Origin: a virus
IMG/VR virus record: IMGVR_UViG_3300047408_000067
Coordinates: 26,616-90,615 of that record
Direction: 5' to 3' (one strand)
Length of the DNA: 64,000 nucleotides
The notes under the pieces were generated by a model. It saw only the letters and a program-made list of their open reading frames with translations. It did not search any database and was not told the DNA's origin. This document shows positions 46,308-56,294 of this stretch, one piece after another. Made by a program: the position numbers and the translations under genes. Every line of letters starts with the position of its first letter. Within the stretch, counting starts at the first letter, position 1.

Positions 46308-46709
46308 CTAGTCCTCCGTAATGGTCAGGGCGTTAGCAGCGAATCTGGGGATGTCACCGACGTTCATTACTGTGCTGGTACAGTCACCCCAATACAGTTG
46401 GTTACCAGCGCTAGCGGCGTCCATGATAGCCCAACCGACGACCGTGTAGGCTGAACCAGTTACGGCAGGAAATGCGATCTCGATGTTGTTGGCTATAGAC
46501 GAAGCCGAGCGCGTCCAGGCTGCTGCGGCTACCGCTTGTCGTGCATAGCCTGAGCCAGCAACCTCTGTACCTGCCGATGGATCACTAGGTACTACCGTAT
46601 AGAGTGCAACGTAGACTGTAGATAGCGCTGTTAGTGCAGGCGCGGCACCACCCTTGAAGAGATGGTCTAACAAACGCTGTTCGAGGGCATCGGTTTTTGA
46701 ACCAGCCAT
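46308..46709 (-). CDS. virion structural protein (fibre/whisker base type)
   Basis: YVALYT..P....G.EV.G.GYARQ, I.DAASAGN.L.W; AAGGAG RBS. Confidence 0.7.
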   Translation of the reverse strand: MAGSKTDALEQRLLDHLFKGGAAPALTALSTVYVALYTVVPSDPSAGTEVAGSGYARQAVAAAAWTRSASSIANNIEIAFPAVTGSAYTVVGWAIMDAASAGNQLYWGDCTSTVMNVGDIPRFAANALTITED

Positions 46710-46718
46710 TGCTTCTCC

Positions 46719-47894
46719 TTACGCTGGTGGTGGCGGAGTACCGCCAGGATCGATTGACGTCATGACAGTTTGCAGATAGGAACGCAGTTCAGTGTCTACC
46801 ATAGCGCCCTGTGCTGTTGCTGATGAAGGTGGTGGTACTCCGCCTGGATCAAGCTGCGACATCAAGTTCTGAACATAGGTGCGCAGTTCTGCATCTGCTC
46901 CAGCCATCGTACCAGCGCCGTATGAGATTATTACACGCTCGGAACCATCGAACGCATCCGTAAAGGTGACTGTATTGCCTCCGCCAGTCAAGGCATAATC
47001 ACCATTTACGTAGGACTGAATAACACCTCCACGCGCTACCATCAACAGCATGATCGCAGTAGTGCTCAGGGTTACTACCGTACTACCAGCAGCAGGAATG
47101 AACTCCTCGTGCGCGCCCGTAGACGTAGCACCAGTCGCACCCATGACACCCTGTGGACCCTGAGCACCAGCGGGGCCAGTCGCACCTACAGGGCCAGGAA
47201 TACCCTGCGGACCAGTAGGTCCACCAAGTCCAATAGGCCCTTGAGGGCCTGTGTCGCCTTTAGGACCGCCAAGACCAGTGGGACCAGGATTACCCTGTGG
47301 ACCAGCAGGTCCAGCCGGACCAGGAGCAGTGCTGTCCGCACCTGTAGGGCCTCTAGGACCAGGTGGACCAGCAGGACCCGATGGTCCGGGCGGCCCAACA
47401 ATAACGTCTTCAGCAATGCCGGAATTATTGACAAAGACGTTATCTCCATTGACGTTCGTTGTGCCGCCTACAAGATTGACGGTTATTACACCAGTTATTG
47501 GATCCTGGATAACTTCTAAACCAGCAAACTCCCCACCATTGCGGTCACTGTTCAGGCCATACCGAGCACGATATATAGTCGGCTTATCAAGTCTGGTCTT
47601 GAACAGGATTACCCATTTCCTCTTGGACAATGGGGCCAGGACTACTGTGTCGCCCTGAGTAAGCATGAGATCTTCAGGTATCAGCAGGTCACCCTTGGCT
47701 TCGTTGAAGATCATCGGCCCACCCAGAGAACTTTCGCCATCCATGGCTATAGTGATCTCTGGTAAGCTGGTCTGTACTACACCTGTCCTGAGTACTAGCC
47801 CAACGCCCGTCTGCGCATTCAGTTTGTCCTCCGTGTCTGCAATAGTACGGAGGACGTCTAGTAACTTCTGCGGCCCGTCTATTGTAGGACTCAT
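46719..47894 (-). CDS. XkdR-position baseplate spike-like protein with collagen segment
   Basis: N-terminal G.V....P.I...L..GD.V.L; follows hub; about 29 Gly-X-Y triplets. Confidence 0.7.
   Translation of the reverse strand: MSPTIDGPQKLLDVLRTIADTEDKLNAQTGVGLVLRTGVVQTSLPEITIAMDGESSLGGPMIFNEAKGDLLIPEDLMLTQGDTVVLAPLSKRKWVILFKTRLDKPTIYRARYGLNSDRNGGEFAGLEVIQDPITGVITVNLVGGTTNVNGDNVFVNNSGIAEDVIVGPPGPSGPAGPPGPRGPTGADSTAPGPAGPAGPQGNPGPTGLGGPKGDTGPQGPIGLGGPTGPQGIPGPVGATGPAGAQGPQGVMGATGATSTGAHEEFIPAAGSTVVTLSTTAIMLLMVARGGVIQSYVNGDYALTGGGNTVTFTDAFDGSERVIISYGAGTMAGADAELRTYVQNLMSQLDPGGVPPPSSATAQGAMVDTELRSYLQTVMTSIDPGGTPPPPA
47125..47397 (-). repeat. collagen Gly-X-Y coding repeat
   Basis: [34 protein letters not shown]...GATGAT; ends approximate. 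Confidence 0.9.
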
Positions 47895-50116
47895 ACTGTT
47901 AGAGGAATCCTATTGATTACAGTTTGTTTCCAGCTAGGCCACTGTGGTCCTGGACACTCTGTCTGGGAAGCATCCTTGTGACCTTCAATGGTTAGCTTCT
48001 TGCCCAACTGCTTCTGGACCCAACCAATCGCCTGCCCCATCGCTGTCATCTGGGCATCATTAGGCGCTCCATTGCCAGCGAAGCAGATACCGACGTAGTG
48101 TTGGTTTCTACCAGGACCATTACTGTGCCAGCAAGCTACGGTAAGTTGATTCCCCAATACCGTCTTACCATCTGCTTCCACAAACAATGTGTATGCTATC
48201 CCTGGGAACGGCACTGGCACTCCAGGTTGCCCTCTTGCTGCCTCGGAAGTCTGATACTGTGCCACTGAGAATGCTGTGTCGCTTGACGAGCCAGCAGTGT
48301 AGTGCAGGGTTACACCGCTGATATCTGCTACATTTCTAGAATCGTAACTAGCCTCGTGGTTAGTGGGTAGTGATCCACTCATATCCACTGGTGCCCAACC
48401 TGTTTCTGCCTTCGTCCCAGCAGACATTACCAGCGCACGAACTTCTGCCATCTTGGCATCGAATACGCTCTGGGAAATGCCGCCACCAGCACCATCCCAG
48501 TTAGGATAGACGTGCCACTGTTTGAACCCTGCTTCACCACCACCAGCACCCTTCCAGACACCATAGGCAGCTCTAGCATTTGCAGGTGGATTCGACAGCA
48601 CTTCCATACCACCATACGTTGACCAGTGGACCTGATTGATCTGCCACAGACCAATGTCCTGGGATGGGCTAGGTACAGACATATCGCAGTTGCCGCATTC
48701 GAAGAGACTGATGGTGGTCATCTTGATTGCATCGTCGCCAGGAGCAAAGCCTACACTGACTGCCAGTGCATAGCGATCTGGGATACTAACCGAACCAGAC
48801 ATCTTGGTCCAGTTTCTACCAGATGGGGCACCCGTAGTACCCGTAGTAGACCCAAAGAAACCACCAGCAGCAGCTCTCTGTGACTCCGACTGTGGTCTAG
48901 CTGCATACTCCTCTGGCAGCTTGTCTTCGATGTTCACCGTAAGAGACATCGAAGCCTCTTGGTCGGTTACAACGTGACTACCAGACTTGACGAAGTATTT
49001 GCCAACAAGACCAGTGATCTCGTCCTTGATGTGTACTGCATCACCAGGGCGCATGGTGTTGATGTTGAAAGTGGTGATCGTACCTGTGTTCTCAAATTTG
49101 CTGATCTTGTTATACAGTTTCATGCCCTGCTGCTCTGCGTTGGCTTTGTCGTTGCCAAGATCCAGGGCAACTTCCCCAGGGGCCTGCAAGTTGACAGACT
49201 CAACAAACATACCATACTTGTTGATCTCTGCAGAGTTACCAGACTCAATAATATCTTGTGCAGGGAACTGAAACTGTAGTGTGGGTATGCCAGCCAGAGC
49301 ATCACCACCTTCTAAGAGACCAGCGGTACTCCCATCGCCATTACTGCCGCCCTTGTAGATCCTAACGACGTTGGAATAGTTCTCCATACTAAAGTTGTTC
49401 TGGCTCGAGAAGATATTGCCAGGGTTGTTCTCCCAGGACTCAGGCCCAGGGATAAACTCGCCGCGATGGAAGTTCCAGACGCCAGTTGCATCTACGCGGT
49501 TTACCAGTTCTATCTTACCGTCTTTCTCTTGCAGCAGAAACTTGGCGCTAGCATTGATGTCTCGTGTGTAAGACAACGCAGATACCCACATGTCCCACAC
49601 GGTACGGTTCATGAACGGTTCGCGCTCTAGCTGTACGCCAGTGTCTGCTATATCACCTAGTGGAATGCCATAGTAAGCTGCCGTCCTGGTGATGAACTGA
49701 CTGGCAGTTTCGTCTTCCAGCATAACGGTGTCTTTGTTCCGCATGATGTACCACATGACGTTGTAGCCTGTGGCTTTCAGCGTACCGCCGTTATCACTAC
49801 TGATATTGGTAGCAGCAATGTAGATGTGCTTCAGGAGCTCCCAGTAGATCTCTAGACTGCTGCCAACTGGCCGTACCGCATAACCGTACAGCTTGACCCT
49901 ATCACCTGGCTTGATCTTGTGTGCGATGTCCTGGATATGGACAAAAGTCAGACTGTAATGCTCGGCAGGTTGGTCAAGGTCGTAGTCCCACTGGATTGAA
50001 GACACCAGTTGCGATAGGTCCTGGCTTGTACTGGTATCAGCATCAACTACGACTATCTTATAGGTGTCTATCTTCAGATCAACTACGTTTGGTGTCTGGC
50101 TTTCAAGCAGAGGCAT
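47891..50116 (-). CDS. XkdQ/YqbQ-like baseplate hub fused to lysozyme-like and amidase_2 domains
   Basis: GD.V.I.D..TG..G.Y.V.S.SH hub end; FECG...GLWQIN...NP..NARAA; TLHYTAG...AY...WH...N...GI...GHKD...CPG. Confidence 0.85.
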   Translation of the reverse strand: MPLLESQTPNVVDLKIDTYKIVVVDADTSTSQDLSQLVSSIQWDYDLDQPAEHYSLTFVHIQDIAHKIKPGDRVKLYGYAVRPVGSSLEIYWELLKHIYIAATNISSDNGGTLKATGYNVMWYIMRNKDTVMLEDETASQFITRTAAYYGIPLGDIADTGVQLEREPFMNRTVWDMWVSALSYTRDINASAKFLLQEKDGKIELVNRVDATGVWNFHRGEFIPGPESWENNPGNIFSSQNNFSMENYSNVVRIYKGGSNGDGSTAGLLEGGDALAGIPTLQFQFPAQDIIESGNSAEINKYGMFVESVNLQAPGEVALDLGNDKANAEQQGMKLYNKISKFENTGTITTFNINTMRPGDAVHIKDEITGLVGKYFVKSGSHVVTDQEASMSLTVNIEDKLPEEYAARPQSESQRAAAGGFFGSTTGTTGAPSGRNWTKMSGSVSIPDRYALAVSVGFAPGDDAIKMTTISLFECGNCDMSVPSPSQDIGLWQINQVHWSTYGGMEVLSNPPANARAAYGVWKGAGGGEAGFKQWHVYPNWDGAGGGISQSVFDAKMAEVRALVMSAGTKAETGWAPVDMSGSLPTNHEASYDSRNVADISGVTLHYTAGSSSDTAFSVAQYQTSEAARGQPGVPVPFPGIAYTLFVEADGKTVLGNQLTVACWHSNGPGRNQHYVGICFAGNGAPNDAQMTAMGQAIGWVQKQLGKKLTIEGHKDASQTECPGPQWPSWKQTVINRIPLTV

Positions 50117-51654
50117 CAGCGTCTAATGCCGCCTGTTCGCGGTACTTCCACTGGCGTATTGGCTGGAACATTACCTGTAGACGGCGCATCTGGGTTTGGT
50201 GTCGGGTTCAGGATAGCGCCCAGGTCATTGAGAGGACTTGGATGGATAGGCGGACTGATAACCGAAGGTAGAACCCCACCATCAGGAGCCAAGATATTAC
50301 CCTGAATGGTATTGGTCATTGTCGTCGTTGGACCAGCCGTAACTGGGATGTCCTTGTAGTATTTTACACCACTACCAACAGGAAGCTGAGAAGTGTACGG
50401 GTTATAGTTGTTGTCCGTCACCCACTGGTTCAGCTCCAGCATGCTCGCCATAGTGTTAGGTCCAGATTTGGCAAGTCGGAACACTGCATCTTGGAACGTC
50501 TCACTAAAGGCAGCATGCGGACCACCAGGATCTCTAATACCCTTAGCAGGTTGACCCTTGATGGTGTCCGTCTCAATGGTAATCGTGGTATTCCTTTGAG
50601 GACCAATGAACGGCGGTGGCACATCGGGATCTGGTTCAACCGTTACCGCCTCAGGGCTAGGATCTTGAACAGGAGGCGCACCTTCTTGTTGTGGTGTCAG
50701 ATCTGTTGAATCTATGCCACCACCAGGACGCCGTGGGTCTTTATACCATCTGTCCTTACCAGCGTCTGGATTAGGTGAAGTAGATACTACTGGAGCACGG
50801 TACCTTTTGCACGAGATCGTGTAGTAGATGTCGTCGATCTCGCCAGCTTTGTGTCTGTAGTTGAAATTAGTGATAACTATCTGGTCATTCCAAATGCCGC
50901 CACCAACGATAAGCATACAGTTCATCTTGAACCGCATGGTCCAGATAATACGTGCTGTCAGGGACTTTGGGTCTTCTAATTCTGTAGGGGAAACGTTGCA
51001 GTAGTCCGAATCGTAGTGGCGCGGAAAGAAACTATCCCAACTGATAGTCTCCATCGACTGGCCGCCAGGGAGGATGATCTCCCCAAGCCCTACTACCCGA
51101 GGCGTCCAGTACTCATGGGTGAAGTCGGCACCAAACTCCTCAGGCATAACAGGGATCTTGATGTCGCCACCGTATGCACCAAGGATGGTGATATCCATGG
51201 TGCCACGCTGTTCGTAATCACCAAGCGTTGGACTACCATCGTCTTCAACGCATGGAGTCCATTCATGGAATACATTCTCGGTACCGTCTGGTGTAGTCGT
51301 GACCTTCGTAAATATGTTGGTACCACCAGCCGTACCTGCGCCTGGGACACCGTTGTGAAGCCAGGGGGCGTATCCTGGAGGAGGTTCCTTCTTGGTGCTT
51401 AGCCCCCATACGTCTGCGTCGGTACCAAGCCCACCAGTCTTCATGGTCCCATCGGGCCACTTGGGACCAAACTTCGGACCTACTACATCAAATGTGTCAA
51501 ATTGGACGTCACCCTGCCAGTAGGTGCTCTTCTTCATCGTAAGACCCAGAGAACCAGGATAGTTCTCTGGATCAGTGGCGTTGGGGTCAAAGTAGGTAGA
51601 TTCGTCTACCTTTACGGCATCGAAACCTTCGCCGGTCTCTGGATTCATTGTCAT
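50116..51654 (-). CDS. XkdP-like tail tube initiator with degenerate LysM
   Basis: IPVMPEE, GLGEI, ISWDSFFP, GE..DIYYTI....YR; Pro-rich linkers. Confidence 0.75.
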   Translation of the reverse strand: MTMNPETGEGFDAVKVDESTYFDPNATDPENYPGSLGLTMKKSTYWQGDVQFDTFDVVGPKFGPKWPDGTMKTGGLGTDADVWGLSTKKEPPPGYAPWLHNGVPGAGTAGGTNIFTKVTTTPDGTENVFHEWTPCVEDDGSPTLGDYEQRGTMDITILGAYGGDIKIPVMPEEFGADFTHEYWTPRVVGLGEIILPGGQSMETISWDSFFPRHYDSDYCNVSPTELEDPKSLTARIIWTMRFKMNCMLIVGGGIWNDQIVITNFNYRHKAGEIDDIYYTISCKRYRAPVVSTSPNPDAGKDRWYKDPRRPGGGIDSTDLTPQQEGAPPVQDPSPEAVTVEPDPDVPPPFIGPQRNTTITIETDTIKGQPAKGIRDPGGPHAAFSETFQDAVFRLAKSGPNTMASMLELNQWVTDNNYNPYTSQLPVGSGVKYYKDIPVTAGPTTTMTNTIQGNILAPDGGVLPSVISPPIHPSPLNDLGAILNPTPNPDAPSTGNVPANTPVEVPRTGGIRR

Positions 51655-54600
51655 GGCGCAACCTGTCCAGTTTGACCGACTACCGAACCGCCAGTAGACA
51701 GTTGTCTCAGCATATCTGCCATCTGCCCCATCAATGCCCTGATGTCTGTGTTGCCATCCATATGCTCAACGGTCATCAAGCTCTGGATATTGATTACTGT
51801 GCCGCCACCAGCAGCTCCTGGTCCTGTACCTGTTCCTGCAGAACCCTGGATTGCCGCTATGTCTGCCTCTGTTACGGGGCCTTTTCCAGTGCCTGTAGAA
51901 CCTAGCCCGTAAACAGCACCCAGAGACGGACCCATCGCCATCATTTCTTCTGGCGTCATCTCTGCCTTGCCACCGTACTTGCTGAGTACAGAGCCAGACG
52001 GACCTACGTTGAACTTGTTGGTTGCAGGATCCCAACCACCAATCTGGAAGTAGTGGCCTGGGAAGTTACCCTTCGGTCCAATGTTGACGATGCCTGGGAT
52101 ACCAGCCTGCGCATTGTTGGCTAATCTACCCCAATCAATGCTACCACCCTGGTAGACTTCGCTCTGCAGACCCATCTGGCCTAGTGCAGCACCGAGCGTA
52201 GCTACACCTCGGGTACCACCTACATTAGCTGGATCACCACCCTGAATACTGGTGACAATCGCGTATGCTTCCTTCAGGCTTGGGTTGCGTCCGTATGCCT
52301 TGGCGAAGAACGCTGCCGCTGCGGGACCACAAGCTGCCTGAGCCTGTTGATTTGTCAGCTCACCAGTGTTCAATTGGTCTGTAAAGCTAGCCGCAAGACC
52401 CTTGCCAGTCCCAGTACCTGTTGTGGTAGCAGTCGTACCAGAACCAGTTATCCCACTAATAGCTCCCCCACCACCAGCGCGGATAAGTACGTCTCTGATC
52501 TGGGTTAGCAGAGGAACAGCAAGACTATTGTCAAAGCCAGTTGCAAAGACCTCTGCCATTGCTACACGCTCTGGGGCAGCAGTATCATCCACTGCGCCAG
52601 CGCCTTGACCAGTGGCAGCATGGGTCATCTCCCAGAGCTTGCCACCAGCCATTCTACCAAACATACCGCCGCCAGCACCAAGCAAGAGACTCATGATTGG
52701 GCTAAGAACGGCTCCACCGATGAGCGCACCGCCCACACCACCGCCAACAGCACCAATGCCGCCACCAATGGCTTCCCATCGTTCCCTGTCGTTCTGGGCA
52801 GCCATGATTTCGGGTAGTGCTGTAGCGCCCGCTAGTAGAGCACCACCACCTAGCTTACCAAGTCCCTTGAGTCCACCAGCTAGAGTACCTGGTGTTCCCG
52901 GCTTGAAGGCTGGACTACCACCTCGGAAACTAGCCCATACCTGGAAAGCCTCCATGATATCCTTGGGACTTCTCAAACCACCATACGGTGATGGGATACC
53001 AGTCTTACCAAAGATAGGCGAAGAGCCAAACCGTCTTGCACCTGCGACCATTGCTGCACTGGTGATAATGGCTCCAGCAGCAGGTAGTGCATACTGTCCA
53101 ATTCCACCGCCACCATCGTCACCACCAGCAGCCGCTCCAGTCAGAGCTGGAATACCTAATGCTAAAGCACGACTAGCTCCCTCGGGTACCCTACCCTTGG
53201 TGACGTAACGGATAGCAATCGCTTCGGCAACCATCTTGGTAAGATCGCTCTGCACAAAAGCCTTGAACATCTCTGGAAGTGTCTGTCCAATACCAGAGAT
53301 AAAAGCTTCGGAGAATGCTCGTCCTGCCTCGACAAGAACGTTGTCCTTGCCACCCCTGAAGAAAGATGTAACTGCCTCGCCAATAAACTGTCCGATATCT
53401 CGTCCAACATTCTTTAGCTGTTGCTGCCCACCAGACCTGAACCAGTTGGTGAACGAATCCATAAACGCGGTACCCATCATCCGCATCTTGTTCAACAAGC
53501 TGGAATTCTGGAAGTCTACATTTGTAATCAGATTGGTGATCAGGTTGGTAATCGGATCAACACCAGCAATCATAGGAGCTTCGATGGATTCGAACAGCTT
53601 GGTCTTTAGAGCGGTTACCGCTGCATCCATCCTAGTTTGTGCGTCTGCAAAGCTCTTAGACCTCTGTTCCAAGCCACGGTTTACCGCACCACCCCTGCTA
53701 GCTTCGTAATCTTGCTGTGACCTTTGAAGCTGCTCTACAGAAGTGTTTTGGAAACCACGTACAGCTCGCATATCTTGGAAGTATGCCCCCATGAGCTGAC
53801 TTTGTCCAGCTACACGTAGAGCATCTTCCTCGCCCTTGTTGCCCAGACGACGCTGATTGGCAACATATTGATCAACCATCGGGCCACGAAGGTCAAAGAT
53901 CTTGCGCAACTGTACCAGGGTACCCAATGGCCCCTGATTTAGCAGGTTCTCAGGGGCAAGACTCATGTCGTTGCCCATACCCTGCCGTTTCCTGATGTTC
54001 TCCCAGGAAGACACCAGTTGCTTCTGCTTGCCAGTCATCTGGGACACGTCTTTGAAGATGTTGGCAAAAGACGTGGCTGCCTGTTCTGCTGGCATTGTCT
54101 GAGTCATTGCCGCAAAGGCAGCGAACGACTCATTCATAACACTCATCTTCTCTTCAGCAGTGGTGTACCGTTGGATCAATGGCCCCATCGCAGCGGTTAC
54201 ACGCGGGAGTGTTGCTTCCAACTCCGAGAACTTCACTGTACCAACATCGGTAATGGCAAACAGTGAATCGGACACATCGGCTACGTGTTCCATTGTCAGG
54301 CCATAGGTGGACATGACCTGAATAAGTGTGGTTGTAGCCTCTTTGGCATCTGTTCCAGTAGCGCGAGCAATACGTGCGGACTGGTTAGTAAGCTCAAGCG
54401 CTACGCTAGCATCGTAAGCTGCCCTACCCATCTGCTGCAATGCTTCTGTATTGGGCTTGATAGCAGATACGCTAGATGCCGCAGTCTGTAACAGTTCCTT
54501 CATTGATTCGGTAGCTACACCCTGCTGGATAGCTACCATCTGGACCTGTGTATTGAACGTCTTGAATTGGTCTTCACTCAGACCCAACAAGGCATTGGAA

Positions 54601-55019
54601 ACACGCATCTGGTCCTGCCATGCAGCACCAACTTTGATAAAGTCAGCAAAGGATTCTACAGCTCTTTGGGGTAACTGTACAAGAGGCAGCAAAACAGAGA
54701 ATAAGAGCATGGACTTCGTCAAGTCCATGATATTAGACGTCAAGCCACGTGTGGTCTTGCTGTGTTGGTCTAGCTGCGACCTACCCTTCTCGATATTAGC
54801 AACAAGACCACCAAATCCCTGCGAAGCATTGCGCATGACAGTGGACAAACCCTGTACGGCGCGAGAAGTGCTTGTTGTGGATGTGGCAAACCTACTCATT
54901 GCCGCTGAGGCACTGATAACAGTGCGCTCGACGGCAAGATACATCGAGGCTAGGCGGTCAAGGTTCCGCTGCCCGTTGATGACAACGTCGATAGCAGCTA
55001 CAACTCTACGTACCGCCAC
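51651..55019 (-). CDS. tape measure protein with C-terminal C39-like peptidase domain
   Basis: TP901-type helical core (VSD.LF...DVG...F.EL); Gly-rich hydrophobic segment; Q....ACGPAAAA...GHY. Confidence 0.9.
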   Translation of the reverse strand: MAVRRVVAAIDVVINGQRNLDRLASMYLAVERTVISASAAMSRFATSTTSTSRAVQGLSTVMRNASQGFGGLVANIEKGRSQLDQHSKTTRGLTSNIMDLTKSMLLFSVLLPLVQLPQRAVESFADFIKVGAAWQDQMRVSNALLGLSEDQFKTFNTQVQMVAIQQGVATESMKELLQTAASSVSAIKPNTEALQQMGRAAYDASVALELTNQSARIARATGTDAKEATTTLIQVMSTYGLTMEHVADVSDSLFAITDVGTVKFSELEATLPRVTAAMGPLIQRYTTAEEKMSVMNESFAAFAAMTQTMPAEQAATSFANIFKDVSQMTGKQKQLVSSWENIRKRQGMGNDMSLAPENLLNQGPLGTLVQLRKIFDLRGPMVDQYVANQRRLGNKGEEDALRVAGQSQLMGAYFQDMRAVRGFQNTSVEQLQRSQQDYEASRGGAVNRGLEQRSKSFADAQTRMDAAVTALKTKLFESIEAPMIAGVDPITNLITNLITNVDFQNSSLLNKMRMMGTAFMDSFTNWFRSGGQQQLKNVGRDIGQFIGEAVTSFFRGGKDNVLVEAGRAFSEAFISGIGQTLPEMFKAFVQSDLTKMVAEAIAIRYVTKGRVPEGASRALALGIPALTGAAAGGDDGGGGIGQYALPAAGAIITSAAMVAGARRFGSSPIFGKTGIPSPYGGLRSPKDIMEAFQVWASFRGGSPAFKPGTPGTLAGGLKGLGKLGGGALLAGATALPEIMAAQNDRERWEAIGGGIGAVGGGVGGALIGGAVLSPIMSLLLGAGGGMFGRMAGGKLWEMTHAATGQGAGAVDDTAAPERVAMAEVFATGFDNSLAVPLLTQIRDVLIRAGGGGAISGITGSGTTATTTGTGTGKGLAASFTDQLNTGELTNQQAQAACGPAAAAFFAKAYGRNPSLKEAYAIVTSIQGGDPANVGGTRGVATLGAALGQMGLQSEVYQGGSIDWGRLANNAQAGIPGIVNIGPKGNFPGHYFQIGGWDPATNKFNVGPSGSVLSKYGGKAEMTPEEMMAMGPSLGAVYGLGSTGTGKGPVTEADIAAIQGSAGTGTGPGAAGGGTVINIQSLMTVEHMDGNTDIRALMGQMADMLRQLSTGGSVVGQTGQVAP

Positions 55020-55252
55020 TAGCCCAATCCCTTCGCTGTTCTGACTCTAGCCAGCATTCCCTTGATGTTCTTGGCAGATGATGCCTCGCTACCGCCGCCC
55101 TTGAACTTTCCGCCCGTGATGACAGACGCATAGACGAGCGCCCGCTCGCCACGCGGCAGGTTGTAGACTTCGTTAGGAAATCTGCCTGTTTCAATGAAGA
55201 TCCTAGCTAGCAGATTGGTCTCTGGGTGCGCCTCAATCAGAGCTTTTGGCAA
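55019..55252 (-). CDS. downstream tail-chaperone ORF (gpT-like), probably reached by frameshift
   Basis: P.EV..LP.GERA..YAS; overlaps upstream chaperone in the +1 frame. Confidence 0.65.
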   Translation of the reverse strand: MPKALIEAHPETNLLARIFIETGRFPNEVYNLPRGERALVYASVITGGKFKGGGSEASSAKNIKGMLARVRTAKGLG

Positions 55253-55796
55253 CCTCCACGAGGTCTTCGTGGAACCCGCTTAGCTCGAGGATCGCGTTGG
55301 AGACGTAGAGCATCAGGCCAGGTTGGTTCTTGTAGATCTCCAAAATGAGGCGGTCTTCCTGCGACGTACGCATCTTGTATTTTGACATCACTTTGGAGTC
55401 TCTGTGATTAGGCGTTTTTACCCCATACGCCACCACCAACGCCTGGAATTTCTGGCCGTCCATCTGCTTCTGGAGGCTGCCAGATCCCGTGTTTTTTACC
55501 ACACGGCTACTGCGCTCGATCAGTTGGCTGTGCTCAGGGCCTGTGAGGTTCGTGATAACCCACGGTGCCCTGAAACCGTACTGCGTCATGTCCAACTGGT
55601 CGTTGAACTTCTTGTCCGAGTCATAGGCGAGTAGCTCCTCCAGAGGATCAACTGGCTCGCCTTGGTACTCCCGAGCAGCTTCCTCTGGAGAGAGCTCCAC
55701 GTTGACGTCGGGCCTCGCGGGAATACGCCGCATGGGGGTGCGGACGTCTGAGGCCTGGACGCCATCTTTGTTTGCAGTTACGTCTTGTGTAGTCAT
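55233..55796 (-). CDS. tail assembly chaperone (XkdN-like)
   Basis: Between tube and TMP; V..PN..D, PG.......ILELSGF..D.VE.AK. Confidence 0.8.
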   Translation of the reverse strand: MTTQDVTANKDGVQASDVRTPMRRIPARPDVNVELSPEEAAREYQGEPVDPLEELLAYDSDKKFNDQLDMTQYGFRAPWVITNLTGPEHSQLIERSSRVVKNTGSGSLQKQMDGQKFQALVVAYGVKTPNHRDSKVMSKYKMRTSQEDRLILEIYKNQPGLMLYVSNAILELSGFHEDLVEVAKSSD

Positions 55797-55818
55797 TGCC
55801 CGCTATTACCTTTGATGA

Positions 55819-56292
55819 CTAGTTGCAGTCGCTGCCTTCGGTCTCCCACTCTTGCAGGTCGCCGTCGATGCAGGAAAGCATGTTGTGGTTGATGAACGTG
55901 AACGGAATGGCCTCTTCAACCAGTTCGTCCACCTGGAAACCGATCGGCACCTCCCAGAACTTGACACCGAGCAGCTCGACAACCTCAGAACCGAACGACT
56001 CTGGGTCATCCAACTCGTAGCGGATGAGAGCCGGGATCTGGCGGCTACGGCTGTGTCTCTGGTAGGCACCTACTGTGCGCAGGAAGTGGCTGGTCACCTT
56101 GAAACCCGTGATGGTGCCATCACCTGCTGTGCCAGTCGCCTTGTAGCCCGTCTGACGTGCGCCAGCTAGACGTACCTCACGACGGTTGATTGTGATTCGG
56201 CCCTCGACGCGCTGTACCTGGGTTTGCCACACACCATCAAGGAACAGTTCGCCGTAGGAGCCGTTGATAGTACGATCTGGATTTAGTGCCAT
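55819..56292 (-). CDS. tail tube protein (XkdM-like)
   Basis: INGSYGELFLDG, G.GTI...KV.S, LDDP...G.E.V.L.GV.F, EE.IPFTF. Confidence 0.9.
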   Translation of the reverse strand: MALNPDRTINGSYGELFLDGVWQTQVQRVEGRITINRREVRLAGARQTGYKATGTAGDGTITGFKVTSHFLRTVGAYQRHSRSRQIPALIRYELDDPESFGSEVVELLGVKFWEVPIGFQVDELVEEAIPFTFINHNMLSCIDGDLQEWETEGSDCN

Positions 56293-56294
56293 CG

